The notes: generated from the letters alone by a model not told the origin. 64,000 nt of DNA from Camelus ferus (GCF_009834535.1 NC_045696.1:8992001-9056000), one strand, 5' to 3'. Positions 36,290 to 50,200 are shown, counted from the first letter of the stretch. Translations and numbers: made by a program.

Positions 36290-36520
36290 CATTATTATTA
36301 CTATTGCTGGTTTATAAAGTCGGAGCATGTTTGGTTCTATCCACACGGTTACCAGATTTTCTTCGCTCACACGCCTCAGCATTTCTGAGATCTGAGACTG
36401 AATGGGTTAGTTTCACATGGCATAGGACACTGAGGCTTAGCAACACCAGACACTTGCCCGACCGTACGCGTCAAGTGTGTAATCAGGTGGGTTCGCCCTG
36501 GCCTGCCTGACTCCAAAGCT
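36290..36520 (-). mobile_element. MIR SINE
   Basis: GGACACTGAGGCTTAG..ACTTGCCC..GCCTGCCTGACTCCAAAGC. Confidence 0.6.
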
Positions 36521-37064
36521 TGTGAATGAATTAATAAGTGAAGAGTCAAACGGAAGTAAGAAAATGTGGTCCAGACACTGAAAAGCCCTGACACTTCTCC
36601 ACACCCTTTCCTGATTATCAAAATGGAAGAGTTAGCTCAGACTTTTTCTCTCTCTCCATGCTTGATATTTACATTTAGTCCCTCAAAGTAGCTCTATAAA
36701 TATCTCCAGGACGTCTGTGGATTGCCCTCAAACCTTCATCTGGGGATGACAAGGAGCGGAGGGACTTAGCTTCTTCCATTTACTTTAACACTTACTTGAA
36801 AAAAAATACTGACTGTAATGGGCACATGGGCAACTTGGAGAGTCACAGAGAAATTGTGATGAGGCCTGCCTTTGGCAAGCTAAAGCTACACGTTGGAATA
36901 CACCATGTGGGTCAAATTCGGAGCCCAATAGACTAGAATTAGAATATCCCATAGAACTTTCAGGCCCCTTCTGGATAGCGGAGGGGCCATTTGTGTATGG
37001 ACACTTTAAAAGGGAGAGACAGAAAATGGAAAAGAGGCAAACTGCATGTCCTGAATCTACTTAA

Positions 37065-37270
37065 TTATTTTTAGCTTTTTATCACAGTATAGTTGATTTA
37101 TAATATTACATTAGTTTCAGGTGTACACCACAGTGATTCAGTACCATTATAGATTATACACCATTTAAAGTTATGAAAGATTGGCTCTGTTCTCTGTGCT
37201 GTACATTACCACCTTGTGTCTTATTTATTTTGTACCTAACAGTTTGTACCTCCTAATTTCTCCCCACAGC
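37065..37270 (-). mobile_element. L1 3' end fragment
   Basis: AGTATAGTTGATTTATAATATTACATTAGTTTCAGGTGTACA..AGTGATTCAG..CTGTGCTGTACA. Confidence 0.85.
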
Positions 37271-38294
37271 ATCCCACTAGACCTAACCCACCTCTGAAAG
37301 GCTTACTGTAGGTTTTTCCACAAGCTTTGGCCAATGGCCCTCGCCCGGCCTGCTGGGCAGGGCTGGGCTGGCTCCAGGGGGTGGTTATCTAGACACAGGC
37401 TCCTTCCTGCTGCGCTGACAACAGCTGGAAGCTGCTCTGAGGGTCACAAGTCACATAACCACCGCTGGCTGGCCTTGGGAAGGATTTCTTCTCTGGTAGA
37501 TAATTCAGGGTTAAAAGAACAAACATGTTGAAAACCCTATCCAAGGAAAGTTGTTACTAAGTGCGAACAATTCTGATGATAACAGTGCTGTTTCTCAGAA
37601 GACCAGAAGACCGCTTAGAAGAGCCTTGTTGTCCACATTATTTCGGGCTGCCGAGGTCTTATCTTGCACTCGCCATGTGCTCCCATTTATCTTCCAGCAG
37701 TTACCCCGCCGCAGTCTGCACCGAAGTCCGGCTCAGCAGGGCTGACCGCCCAGTGAGGGCCAGGTAGTAGAAAAGAACTTTTTCTCCCCTGTATTTATTC
37801 TCAGAAGAATCATGTGTTTCACTGAACAGCAGTAAGAAAAATGTGTCTTTCTAAAATTACCACAGTTAGGTTTGTATTTAGATTTTTGTGTGTCCTCAGA
37901 TATCTAAAATAGCACGAGACCCCTATTTGCAGGAGCAGTTGGAGATATGAGATGAGTTGTCAAAGGTCCTTTGACTCCTGGGATTGTGTATAATCTGAAT
38001 AGTCACAGTAACCCAAATAACCCGTGGCTGAAGTTAGTTTCCCCAGAATCATCTATACCTTTGATCCAGTGATGTCCATAGTCTACTGAGTTGATCCCAC
38101 AGGGTGAGGAGGAGGGACCAGATGTGCAGTATGAAATCAAAGGACTGTTGTTGATCTGAGTGAAACGACAGACCTTTGTACACACACACAGACACACACA
38201 GACATATCCACAGACACACACTTTCAGCTTTGCATTCACATGCAAAGATCATGTGTACGCAGAAATACAACAAAGGATATTTATACAGGAAGCC

Positions 38295-38612
38295 TAATGC
38301 ATGATTAAGAGCATTGACTCTGAAGCCGGACTGACTGTATTTCTATCCCAACTTATTCTCTCTTTCTCTTTTTTAAAATTTTCATAGAATTTTTTAAAGG
38401 TAACACTCCATTTACAGTTATTACAAGATACTGCATTATAGCCAACTTCTTCTCTTAAGAGATATGTGACCTTAAACTGAATATGGAACTATAGAAGGAG
38501 GCTAACAATAGTCTGTACCCGAAAAGGGTTCAGGGGAGAACAGAATGAGTCTACATGGAAGAGACTAGAAGAGTAGCTAGCACTCGGGGTATACTCCATA
38601 AGGGCCTATCAA
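38295..38612 (+). mobile_element. MIR interrupted by a tiny L1 insertion
   Basis: TGATTAAGAGCATTGACTCTGAAGCCGGAC..ATGTGACCTT..AGAATGAG. Confidence 0.65.
38362..38441 (-). mobile_element. ~80 bp extremely truncated L1 3' end with TSD
   Basis: 14-bp TSD CCAACTTATTCTCT (38348-38361) / CCAACTTCTTCTCT (38442-38455); insert TTTAAAGGTAACACTCCATTTACAGTTATTACAA resembles an L1 terminus. Confidence 0.7.
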
Positions 38613-38819
38613 ATAGAAGACTCTCTCTCTCTGCTGGAAGGAGAATGTAGTCTCTGTGTCTCTGCATGGACAGCCACGAGTCCAGCTAACCCAGGAGTTC
38701 TACCACCGAAGGCCAAGAGAGAATTTGGAAGGTGGTGGGTGACCAGTAGTCTCACCCATGCATGTATCGCATGGTTAATTTTTATTTGAGTGAATATTTA
38801 ATTAATATTTGTACCCCTC

Positions 38820-38940
38820 ACCAGGTGGCAGGGTCCATGAGGCCAGGGACAGTTTGAGAAGTTCTCACAGTTTTCTCCTCAATTGATAGCATGCTGCTTG
38901 GCACGTAGTAGGTACTTAACAAATGCTTGTTGACTGAATG
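38820..38940 (+). mobile_element. L2 3' end
   Basis: TCCATGAGGCCAGGGAC..TGGCACGTAGTAGGTACTTAACAAATGCTTGTTGACTGAATG. Confidence 0.85.
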
Positions 38941-40334
38941 GTAACTGCTCCTGCTGCAGCCGCCAGTACCACACCTGCTACAGTGGCTGTCGGACCAGAA
39001 TTTGGTTTTCCACATTAGAAATTATTGTGCTGAAATATGAATTCTTGACTAGAAATTGCATCTCACCATGATAAGCCCCCAAAATTTCAAATAAGAATAG
39101 CAATAACAAACAAGTTTGTTCTGTAAAAAGATGGAATGGAAAATCTGAAATTTGAAAATTGAATTTTTTAAAAAAAAAGAAGAAAAATAATCAAATATTT
39201 GTTCTGCAAAAAAGGGTGAAATCCAACAATTATTGGGAAAATTTATGTGGGAACACAGAAAATAGCACTACCAGGGGGTACCAAGTAACTCAGTCTAGAA
39301 CAAGTTGCAAGAAGCCTAGAATCAGTGTTCTATGTCCACATATCATATTGCAGGCGTACAATTTAATTAACAAAACAGTAAAATGGATTTTGCCATGGGA
39401 AGATAAGCGCCACTACTTGCCATGCCTGGGAGGTAAAGAAGCAGGCCCTTGACTGGCTGAAGACACCACAGTCTAGGAAGTGTCTGTTCAAGAGAAGCAG
39501 GTTCAGTAGCTAAGGCAGTCAGCCCCGTGCACCTGAAGTGAAACACGGGACCGGGGTGATGTGACTGTGCAGGAGGGAGTTTGGTAGAAGATTAAAGGAA
39601 AGAGGCAACACGGGAATATGCCGGGACCACCCATCCAGATGGCGGAAGCCATGATGTTTTCCAGGCAAGGATCAAACAGCAGGCACAGATGCAGGGAGAG
39701 GAGCTGGGCGATGGCAGAGGAAGGGGGCTGGGTGCGGGGAGCCGTAGGGACATCTGCTAGAAATTGACTTGCCAAAAGAGGAAGCGATGCAGAGCCGCTT
39801 CTCTGGATCTATTCTAACCAACAAGGAAGTGGCCGGGGCCCTGGAAAAAAAAAAAAAACAGGTTACTCCAGAGCCTGTGACAGCCAACGCTGGGTGAGCT
39901 GGATATCGTCAGACGGATGGCCTGGTTTTGAGATGGCAGAGACCTAAAAGTTGAGGGCAAAGACCAGAGGGATTCTAAGACTTGATGAAATCCTGGGTTG
40001 CTTTGAAAGGAACAGGGAGCGTTTATTAATAGCACAATCCTGACTGGGAAGAAAATGGGGAAGTAGCTAAAGAGGTGGCCAAACAGGAAATCTTTGTAAA
40101 GTGAGATGTAAAAAAAACACTTGTACGAAAAAAAAAAAGAAGAAGAAGAAGAAAGATGAATATAAACGAGAGTACGAGTACGAAATAGCATCAGGAAGAC
40201 TTGTGCTTTGAAGGGGTTTGAAAAATATGCTCAGGCCTTAAAGGAGAGACAAGAGAAAGAACAAGGACAAGATGGACCTTCTGCAAGTGCAGCTGGGACG
40301 TAATGTAAACAGACAACAGAGACGAAGGCGAACA

Positions 40335-42700
40335 ACTCAACTCAATTCAATTAAACAAGTATTTACCGTCTTCCATGTAAAAAGCCACTACCAGGCACAG
40401 GCCACCCCTCTGCTCACCAGGAGCTCACAGACCAGAAAAAGAAAGTGTAGAAATACCTAAATTATGCATGTGGACGGTCAGTTGCCATAGTGTTAAGGGC
40501 TTCATTGGCGAATGAAGAATTCATTCTTCACCAAGAAGAACGGAGTTTTTGAAGAATGCTCCCAGGGGCTCTGTATTGGGAAACACTGATGCTTTAAGGG
40601 ACAGCAAAGGAGGAGGAACCTGCAGAGGAGAGTGAGAAGAAATGCTCAGAAAAAGAGGGAGAGCCTGGAGGTGACAATTGTAGCAACCTGGGCTGGAGAG
40701 AATTTCCAACCACAAAGTCCTGACAGAGGCTGAGAACTACAAAACGATCGTGCATGCTGATAAGAAGGTCCAGTGATTTAAGGATGGTTTTGGTGGAGTG
40801 GTGGGACAGAAACAAGGTCTCTAGAAGGTCTATGAGATGAGGCAGAGGAGGCCATTATTCCCCCAAACTTGCCTATTATGGGAGTAAAAAAGGAAGGTGG
40901 ACAGTATAGGAAAACATAAGATCAAGGATGAATTGTGTGCTCTGTTCTTATTTTAAATTTTTGTCTGTTTATACATGGGGAGGGTGGATATTTAAGCAGA
41001 ACTATATGTTTAAAGGAAAGGGAAAGTAGAACAAAAGTCACTGGAAAGTAAAGATAGTGAGGAGGCGATTGATAAGGAAAGACCCTGGGGGAAGGAGATA
41101 GGGGACAGGAGTTGAAGACCATGTGAGGACACTAACTGTGAGAGGGGGACGTCAGCTTCCCCATGGCAATTTCAGGGCTCTGAAAACAGATCCACCTATA
41201 ATCAGTGTCTGGGGCAGAATATGAAGGTGTTGGTTCACGCGGTCTTTATTTCTTAGAGACTTAAAAAGAGATGGCATGCTCTAAGAGGGAGAAGGGAGAT
41301 AGTCCCAGGGGTTGTTGAGGACTGGAGAGAAGTAGCAGTTCCTTTTCATCAGGGGAACGAGAGAAAGAGCTATCGTGGGATTTGTAGAATGATAACTGGG
41401 CAGAGTTAACACCCAGCTCAAGCTGGAGGCTACAGATGTGTAGGACCACAATCTACATGATGTCAAAGTTCCACCAGTGGTCCAGGAGCAGGAAAGCTAG
41501 GTGGTTGTGTGGATGCAGGGACAAGGCTTGCCAAGTAAGTGTGACAGAAGAATAAGAACACCTAGGAATGGAAGATGTAGACACAGGAGGGACTGAAGAC
41601 TGGGGTCATGAAACTTAGGCTACTTAGTGCTAAAAGTGAGGTTAGCAAAGGATTAAGAGCCCACAGAGCCACCCAGAGATAAAAGAACAAAAATAGTAGG
41701 TGTGCGGATGTGTGAGAGCAAGAATAATACAATATCATGGGCAGAGAGAGGGGTAATCGGGCACAAGTGTTCGTAGAAAGAAGAATTCCAGGTTATAGCA
41801 AGATCCAAGGCATGCCCTGAAAGTATGTCTGGAGCAAGGGAAGTGAAAATTAATGGCATTGAAGATATCAGGAAAAGAGTTGAATGGAAATTAAAAATTT
41901 ATATATTGCTATGTTTGCTCTTACACAGAGGAACGACTTAAGCTTGCGTCTATGCTAAGGAGAAGGACCTAGAAGAGAAGGATATGTAAGGATACAGCCA
42001 AGAGGGGAGATGGCTGAGACCACAAGGTCGCGAGGATGTGGAGCAAGTGCAATCCAGGGCACAGCTGGTAGGACTGGTCACAGAGCTGAAACGAGGAGCT
42101 GGAATTAAAGGTGGATCTGTGCACGTGATACATTCCTCTGGGCCTTCGAGGCATGAAGTTGAGGGGCTGGTTGTCCTCAGAGGCCAGGCCATCCCCTGTG
42201 ATTCAGGAAGGTAGTGGGGTAAAGGTATGGAGAAAGGAGGTGGAGGTCTGGAATAGCCACGCGAGCTTCCTGGTGTGACTGGTTGAAGAATCTTAGTGAT
42301 TTCCTCCAGCTGTGCTCAGCCTTCCAGGCTTGGGACCAGAGAAGGTCAATGATGGATGGGGTCCACAGCTGGCATTTTGCCGGGTCTGGATGACAAAAGG
42401 ATGAAGAGAAGAGGGGATTACCGGTGAAAACTAACACGTCCTGTAAACCAAGGAGCCTGGTCTAGAGAAGGAGGGAAGTCAAGTCGGGGGATCCTGATGG
42501 ATGGAAAGAAAATGGAGGAACCAAAGGCCTAGAGGTACTTTAGGAAACTAAGGGTGGGAGTATTGAGAATAAAGCTTTGAGAGGCCATAAAGCAAGATGG
42601 GGAGTTGTGGCTTAATGGAATTTGTGAGGACTACTTGGGCGTTGGACTTAACTGGAAGCATCTATGAGTCAATACTGAGATGAAATATCTGTGATAGGAG
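40335..42700 (-). mobile_element. long decayed L2 LINE (probably two fragments)
   Basis: Purine-rich + strand; tail CAATTCAATTAAACAAGTATTTA at ~40342; minus-frame relics GHALDLAIT (endonuclease motif), SWRKS, SCALD. Confidence 0.75.
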
Positions 42701-45064
42701 GTGACCTCACTGCACTCTGACCAAAGCATCACAAGCATCTTTCTCTGGTTTAGCAAAGCTAGAGGGCCGGGTGAATGTTCAATTCCACTTCAACTCTGAG
42801 AGTTTATGTAAAACTCCACCCAACACAACTGAAGTACGTACCAGTCAATAACAGATTTCCTGTAAACTCTAACGTAAGCCATCGACCACCCAGGGATCTG
42901 TGCTTTCATTCTTCGTGTGCTCGGCCTATGATGCATGTAAATGGTGCTCTTTTAGAACGTGGGAAAGGAGGACATCATTTACATCGCCATTGCTCTTATG
43001 CTTTGAGACCTGTAAGGATTAAGGGCCTAAATAAATATTTCCCTCATGTGAGTCCTGTAGGGTCGAATGATTTAATCCCTGAATTAAGCTCTTTGACAGC
43101 CCCCGGGAAAGGAGGCTATGCCAATTAGGTAATATTTGTGACTCTCGACCTTTTTGCTTTATAATAATACAATAAGAAAACTAGAAAAAGTGTAACAAGG
43201 ACATCTTTCTATTTAATTTAACCCAAACATATTGGCTACATTTTTTTCTTAATATCACGTTATAGAGTTAAATTTTTACATTCCTATATAGAAGAGAGAT
43301 TTATTTGCAGCCAGAGCAATCTGTCTGATGGAAAAATACCCCAGTGGTCATCTGATTTTACACCTTCGTATATTATAGTTTAACCTGCAACTAAGACCAA
43401 AATACAAATTATCTGTAAAAAACCAGTTTACTCAATAGGCCCATCGTGGGCATGGTGACTAGCTCTGAGTGATGAAATTGAGTGTCATGAAGACGAAATG
43501 CATGTAAGTCCCCTTCCTTTTCCTCTCTTCATGGTGAAATGGTCACTATTGGTGCCAGCATAAACCAGCATCCTCCAAGACCAAAAGCCACTGATGACTC
43601 CTGGGTTAAAATACACCAGAAGGGTAACTCTGCCTCAGCTACATGCATGTTAAGAATTACCTCAAATAAGATGGATGATAGACAGACAGACAGACAGAAA
43701 CTACAGATAGGCTAATGCGTGTAGCCTAAACAACTCCCCAAGGGTCCAATCCTTATCCCCAAAATGCAGAGTCATCTAAGAATTATGGAAGAGTTTCCAT
43801 TTGCTGCCTGCCTTCAGGAAAAGCCGTTTCTTCCCAGGCCTAAAAGCTCTGTGGCAAAGGCCGTCCCACCAGAGGCTCTCCGTGTTTATAACCCTGGAGT
43901 CTGATCATTTTAAACTGCAGTCAGAGAAGACAATATTTCGGAGTCCTACCTTCAGCCTGATTGATGGTCCTCTTGCTTTCTCTGCACTCAGGATGTCACT
44001 GTCCAAAGTGTTGGGAAATGCGTTTCCTTAGATCTAGAGCTGGGTTTGAGGCCAGTGAGAAAATAGCACTGGAGCCCAAGACCGACCCAATGAAAGAGGT
44101 GCTGTCACAGCCCATTCGCAGCAAAAGCTTGACAGAAGGGGCTGGACCAGCGCCTGGATGAGTGAGCCAATGAATGGATACAGACTCTTCCCTTCCCTGC
44201 CTCCTAAGCATCTAACTCAAATTAACCTCTCCAGTAAAGTTAAAGCACATCTGCCTCAGAGGGAAAAATAGAATCTGCTGAGAGAGCCTCAACGATAGGA
44301 TGGATTCTAACCGCCCTGTGTGGGTACTCTTGGGAAAGGCTCAGGGAGAGAACTCATTCATGCCCCTGGTTGAACTGGACAAAACAGTCCAAGGGGTCAC
44401 TGAAAATATTTTTATTTTAATGTACCTGGTGGATATAAAACACAGCACATGATTTAAAACATCAAAGGTAAAGGATACAATACCACACTTTCCTGTCCTT
44501 GCCTGGAGACTGTTGGACAAATCTTTTAGGTGATGGATGTCACGGCTTCTATATCATGCAAACGGGCCACAGGTAGATATGTATTCAGGGGATATTTATC
44601 TTAACATAGTAATTTTTAAAGACAGAAAGCCAATAATACAAATATTAATGCTAGAAAGAATATACCCCTGGCCTGTGAGCCTCAATCCTTTCTTGCTTCT
44701 CAGGATATGAAATCACTTATCACTCTGCTGCCTAAGAACATCAAACTCCCATCACAATGACCCAAATTGCCAAAATGGTTTTGAAGCCAAAAGTCAGAAT
44801 GTTACAGTGTATTTTTACCAATATCATCAAAATAGTGGTCTACAGAGGTCCCAAATAAGACAGTAAGTGGATTATTTTACTCAAGTTACCTGTTGTTCCA
44901 GGGGGCCATACACGGTGACATTCAAAGATGCCCTTGAAATTGTTCTGCATGGATCCTGGGGAGGAGGGGAGCACAGTGAGCAGCCTACACTCATTGACCT
45001 TTCCAGAAAATCAGAATGCCCCATCCTCACGGCCCTGGGCTTGCCCATTGGCATCCTTCAAGGT

Positions 45065-45315
45065 GTGAGAGAGGTGGTGGAGCTCAGAGGTGTGAGTCAG
45101 CCTCTGCAGCCAGCCTGCCTGGGTTCAAATCCCAGCTCTGCCTTATAGATTTGTGATCATGAGCACATCCCTTGCTACCTCCAAACCTGTTTGCTTGTCA
45201 GTTAAATGGAGACAACAATAACGCTGATCCCATGGGACTGTGATGACAATTCACTGAAGAAGTGCAAATATGGCCATAAGTTAAACACTTAAGAACTGCT
45301 TACGATCACTATAAA
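45065..45315 (+). mobile_element. MIR SINE
   Basis: CTGCCTGGGTTCAAATCCCAGCTCTGCC..TAAATGGAGACAACAATA. Confidence 0.85.
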
Positions 45316-46924
45316 CTTTTACAAAACACTGTGAACTCGGGCTTTTTCCCCTTTAAAACGGTTCATAAATTTTCTGTACCTCTTATTCGAATGAATGTGA
45401 TTTCATGAAACTCCCCACAATATTCCTGGAGCACCCACAGCATGCCTGCCCTTTGCGAGGTCCAGGAACTCGAAGATGAAGGCTGCCCTGTGCACAGGGG
45501 GCTGCCAGTCTGGCTGAAGATGCAGGTGGAGTTCACTGAAATTCCTGGTGGCAACACCTGCCTCTCGCTTTCTGTCTTTTTTCATTTTAAATAATGATGT
45601 GAATAAATTGCTGCAGGGAGAGAGATGAGAATGACTGCATCTGCCTAGGGAGTCGTGTCAGGGGCACATTTGCTAGAAGGGGTCTGGTCTACACCTTTGT
45701 AGGGAAACAGGAATTGGAAAAGAGAACAGGTGAAAATGGACACAGGAGGAGTATTTATAAGTGGGGAAACCTTTGGGGTAAGAAGTTTAGACAATATGAA
45801 TGTTCAGTGTGTTTCCAGAAAACGATGAGACATAAGATGTGACTGAGGCTTAAGATTTGAGGGGGAAGGTGAATAAACCTGGAAAGGTCCCCTCCCCTGT
45901 GGCCATGGGTGCCCTTGAATACTAAGGAACTTGGCTTTTATGCTATACAGACTATGGCCAAGAGGTTAATCAACCAATCTGTCTTGCCTTCTATGTAAGA
46001 ATTTAACCTTTGATTAGCTTCCTTCTCCTGATACTTGATAAAATTAAAATGTCAACTCTGTCCTTAGGCAACATTTGTCACGGTGAAAACGACCCTGATG
46101 TGGCTCACATCTGGACTGAGAGAAACTATCAATGAACCCAATTAGAGCACCCTGTTCAGGGGCTTCCCTGAGCATAGTAATGGCTTAAGGGGAGCCTGGA
46201 AGCCAAATCTCCACAGTCGTTACAGACAGGCTGGTGCACTTTGGGTATATGAGGCTTTGAAGCTAGAGCAGACTCCATATGTGTCCAATGTGGATTCAGC
46301 CGTGTAGACAACTGTTGCAAGAACCCCTACTAAAAAGAATATTGGACATTGATTTGTTGGTGAACCATGACTCCCATCCCACATCCTCTTAGTAAAGGAT
46401 GTCAAGGGTATCCTGTGATAACTTGTGAGTCTAAAGGTTTAGTTGAACTTAAAGAATGCTCGGTGGGCATTCAATGGGTAACAATGACCCAAAGGAAGCA
46501 GTCAAGTAAGACTAAGTAAGAGAGAAAAGTCTGATAACATTATTCAGACTTATTTTGAGTGTAACTATGGGGAAGAGTTTTCTAAACTATAGAAGTTCTA
46601 AATTAAAGAATTTTGGATGACTATAAAAGCTCTAGAAAAAAAAGGATTATCTCAAAATAAAATTTGGAGGACGATGATTGTAACATGTACTTGTGTAAGG
46701 GTTGAGAAGGTTCATATGACTAATGGAAACAGTAGAACAAGCTGCATATGGTTGGGAAATTATTTCCTTGGTCCAAAAGATGAGTTGAAATGAGCTCCTA
46801 TGACCCAGTTCACCTCACACTTCCATAGAAATTAAATAATAATCAGTACAGAACCAAGTTGATATGCATGGCATTTTTTTTTCCACCATAGCATCTCTAT
46901 GTGAAAAGTGTATCAAACTGAAAG

Positions 46925-47870
46925 GGATTACATTTATTGACTCAACAAATATGTGCTAAGAGTCCTTGATGCCTGGCTGCGGGCTGGGTCTGAAGATGAA
47001 ACATTACATGATGTGGTCCCACCCTAACAAAACTGACCATCTGTCCAGTGATGGAGACAGACACACAAGCAACTGATGCCATTCAATATGCTAAGTACTT
47101 ATAAGGAACGTGCCCACATTCCTACAGGAGCCCAGAAGGAGGAATCACTAATCCTGCTTGATTGGGCTACAGAAAGCTTCCCAGAAAAAAATTAAGTTTG
47201 AATTTTCAGGAGTAAGTATCATTTTCTAGGCAGAGAAGAGAGAGCAAGGGTGTGTCTATGTAGAGGTGAGTGGGGGAAATGGGGGAAGATTCTAGATAAA
47301 GCAAGAATAGCAAAGAAGTTCCAAATCTCACTGCATCCGTACCAAATGCTAGACAGCTCGGAGCATTGTAGCTCTTTGTGATGCTTCTGCCAACACTAGG
47401 ATCCCCTGGGTTCTGATGATGAACGACCATTCTAACCTCTCCTTTTGAAAGAACCACTGGCTGCTTGAGACCTCGTCTCAAACTGGCCTTTCTCCACTGG
47501 GCAGACCTTGGCATTTCTTATGTTGCTATCACCAAACATCCCCTCTGGTGAGCAGTAGACTTCTACTGTGTGATCCAAATCACAAGTGCTGGGCATGGAG
47601 CTGCTATCTGGGAATAAAAAACACACCTAAAATATGGCCCCTGCTCTCATGGGACCAACACCATCTAGAAGAGGAACATGAGTATGTAGTCAAATAACAG
47701 TGGGAAATGCACTGCACTCAAGGTAAGGCTATCTGTGGTCAGAGTAGGTGTGCAAAATAGTGATACCTCAGTCTATCTAGAGGCATATTATTAAGAGCCT
47801 GTGGAGTCAATAAAAGAATTTAGACAATATGAACATAGCAATAGGGAGGCACTACAAATGTCTTAAGATG
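46925..47870 (-). mobile_element. L2 fragments
   Basis: CATTTATTGACTCAACAAATAT, AGAAAGCTTCCCAGA, GGCCCCTGCTCTCATGG. Confidence 0.65.
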
Positions 47871-47894
47871 CTATGCCTGGCAATGATGTCATTT

Positions 47895-48180
47895 CAGTCA
47901 GGATGCAGTGAGGAAAACAGAGCCACCAGCTGGGTAGTTTTTATACGGGGACTTAATTACCAAGATGTTGGAAGCGGTGAACATCCAAAGGGAAGCTGAG
48001 CCTGCCCAGAGATTAGCAAAAAGAAGCCATAGGTTGGAGGAGGAAAGGGAAGCAGTGGGGTTACCAGAGCTGGGGGCTGGAATCACAGGGGAGATGCAGC
48101 CCCTGAGAGAATTGCCATAGACATGAAGAGAGAGCAAGAAATACCCTGCATTCTCCAGCCCCAATCCTCTCCTCCAAGCA
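47895..48180. mobile_element. old LTR fragment, LTR78-like
   Basis: GTCAGGATGCAGTGAGGAAAACAGAGCCAC..CCCAGAGATTAGCAA resembles recalled LTR78. Confidence 0.5.
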
Positions 48181-49185
48181 AAACTGAAAACTTTCATGCT
48201 CAAAAAGATAATATGATGAAAACAGAAAGACATGCCATAACAGAATATAAGAATATATTTGCAAATTATATATCCAATAAAAGACTTGTATTCAAAATAT
48301 ATAAGGAACCTATACAACTCATAATAAGAAGACAACTCAGATTAAAATTGGGCAAGGATTTGAATAGACATTTCACCAAAGTGGCTATACAAATGACTAA
48401 GAAGGACATAAAAAGATGCTCAACATCATTAGAGAAATGCAAAACAAAACCACAATGAAATACCATGTCACTGCCACTAGGATGCATATGATAAAAAAAA
48501 GACAGGCAAACAGAAATGTCAGCAAGGATGTGGAGAAACTGGAATCCTCATGTTTTGGGGTGGGAATGTAAAATGGAATATCCAGTTTGCGAACAGTCTG
48601 GCATTTCCTTAAAAAGCAAATGTAAACTTACCAAATGACCCAGAATAACTACGAGTTATTAAGAGAAATGAAAACATTCGTCAACACAAAGAATTGTTCA
48701 TGAATGTTCCTAGCATCATTATTCATAGCAGCCAAGAACAGGAAACGATATCAATGTCCATCAGCTAGTGAACAGATAAACAAATTGTGGTATGTCCATA
48801 CAAAGGAATACTACTCAACAATAAAAGACACCAAAAAACTACCAATTCATGCAACAGCATAGATGCATCTCACAAGCATTAAACAAGGTGAAAAGAGCTA
48901 GAATCAAAGGCTATTTGCTGGATTTGTAAATTTATATGACATTATGGAAAAGGCAAAACTATGGGAACAGAGATCAGACTAGTGGTTTCTAAGGGCTGGG
49001 GTATCAGGAAAGGGCTGGTGGCAAGGGAGCAAAAGGAGACTTGAGTCTGATGAGAATGTTCTACATCTAGTTTGTGGTGGTGATTTCACAGCAGTTTAGC
49101 AAAACTCATTAAATTGTACATCTAAAGATGGTGAGTTTTAAAATATTTGAAGTAGACCTCAAAACACATGACTTAAAAAATAAGA
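48181..49185 (+). mobile_element. L1MB/MC ORF2 C-terminus and 3' UTR
   Basis: Relics IFANYISNKRLVFKIYKE and KDLNRHFTK; GCAAGGATGTGGAGAAACTGGAA; ATGACATTATGGAAAAGGCAAAACTATG; A-rich end. Confidence 0.92.
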
Positions 49186-49619
49186 AACATTAAATCAGCA
49201 TCGGGGAGGCCAGCTAGGAGAACAGTGAAGCAAGGGAAAGGATTTGATGAGGAGAAACTTGCTTAGGAAAAGGGAACATGATAGACACAAACTTCCTGGA
49301 AGCCAAAGAATTTAGGATTAATAATAGAGAAAGGGGAGTGATAAAGTGCATGGCCAGTTGTGACAATGGAACTCAAAGTAGCCTCTTCATAGAGACAAAG
49401 TCCAGGATAAAGAGGAAGATTCTGGTAAGTCTGCCATGAATAAGGAGAAAGGCATGCACACTATCACTCACTCATTCCTTCATTTTCTTGTTCATGTGTT
49501 CATTCATTCATGCACAATGCATGCACGCATTTCATGCTTATTTTGTACTCATGGTAGGCAGTGGTCGTGGCCAAGGAGAAGACTGAGAGCTGAGCCCACC
49601 CTCTAGAGCATACGTCTGG

Positions 49620-50200
49620 GTGCAAAGCCCAACTTCAGACTGGGTCCTTATGGTCTCATGTTTATCCAGTGGTTGTTCCCTCCCAATTTTGTTTCAGTTT
49701 GTTGAACAGAAGTGCCTTCATCCCCAGGAAGTGAGGCCCTTTCTGAATGTAGCATGGGTCATCATTGACCTGAACCAGTTATGGAAATCCTAGTCTCCTT
49801 CACCAGTTATCAGAGACAGATGGGGAGGGCTTAGTTCTCCACCTTGAGACACAAAGGAAAGGATTCTGGAGGACCTTTATGCTCTGAATCAAAAGACAGT
49901 GTCTTGAGGAGAATGTCTTTTGTATCAGTCACTTCCTTCCTGCTTGGCTAGCTGGAACAACAGTGTGTCATCTGGATCTGTGTCAGCCATCCTATGACCA
50001 TGAGGTGACAAGTCTGAAGACAAAAAGCCAACTGGCCAAGGATCCCAGAGAAGGGAGAATAGAAAGAGCCTGGGTCCTTGAGAACACAAACTGTCTACTA
50101 CATCATAAATAAAACCATCTACCTCCCAACTTGATAGAAGATAATAAAATGACCATATTTCTGAGCCACCATTAATTTCTTTCTGTTTTCTGCCATCACA
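49620..50200 (+). mobile_element. old MaLR LTR, MLT1J/K-like
   Basis: CAGCCATCCTATGACCATGAGG..AGAATAGAAAGAGCCTGGGTCCTTGA. Confidence 0.65.

Noticed and set aside
46480..46800. CR1/L3 remnant (also ~36800-36960)
   Set aside because: Resemblance too faint to support without an HMM search.
48123..48458. 111-aa ORF
   Set aside because: Chimera of LTR sequence and decayed L1 ORF2 C-terminus with frameshifts.
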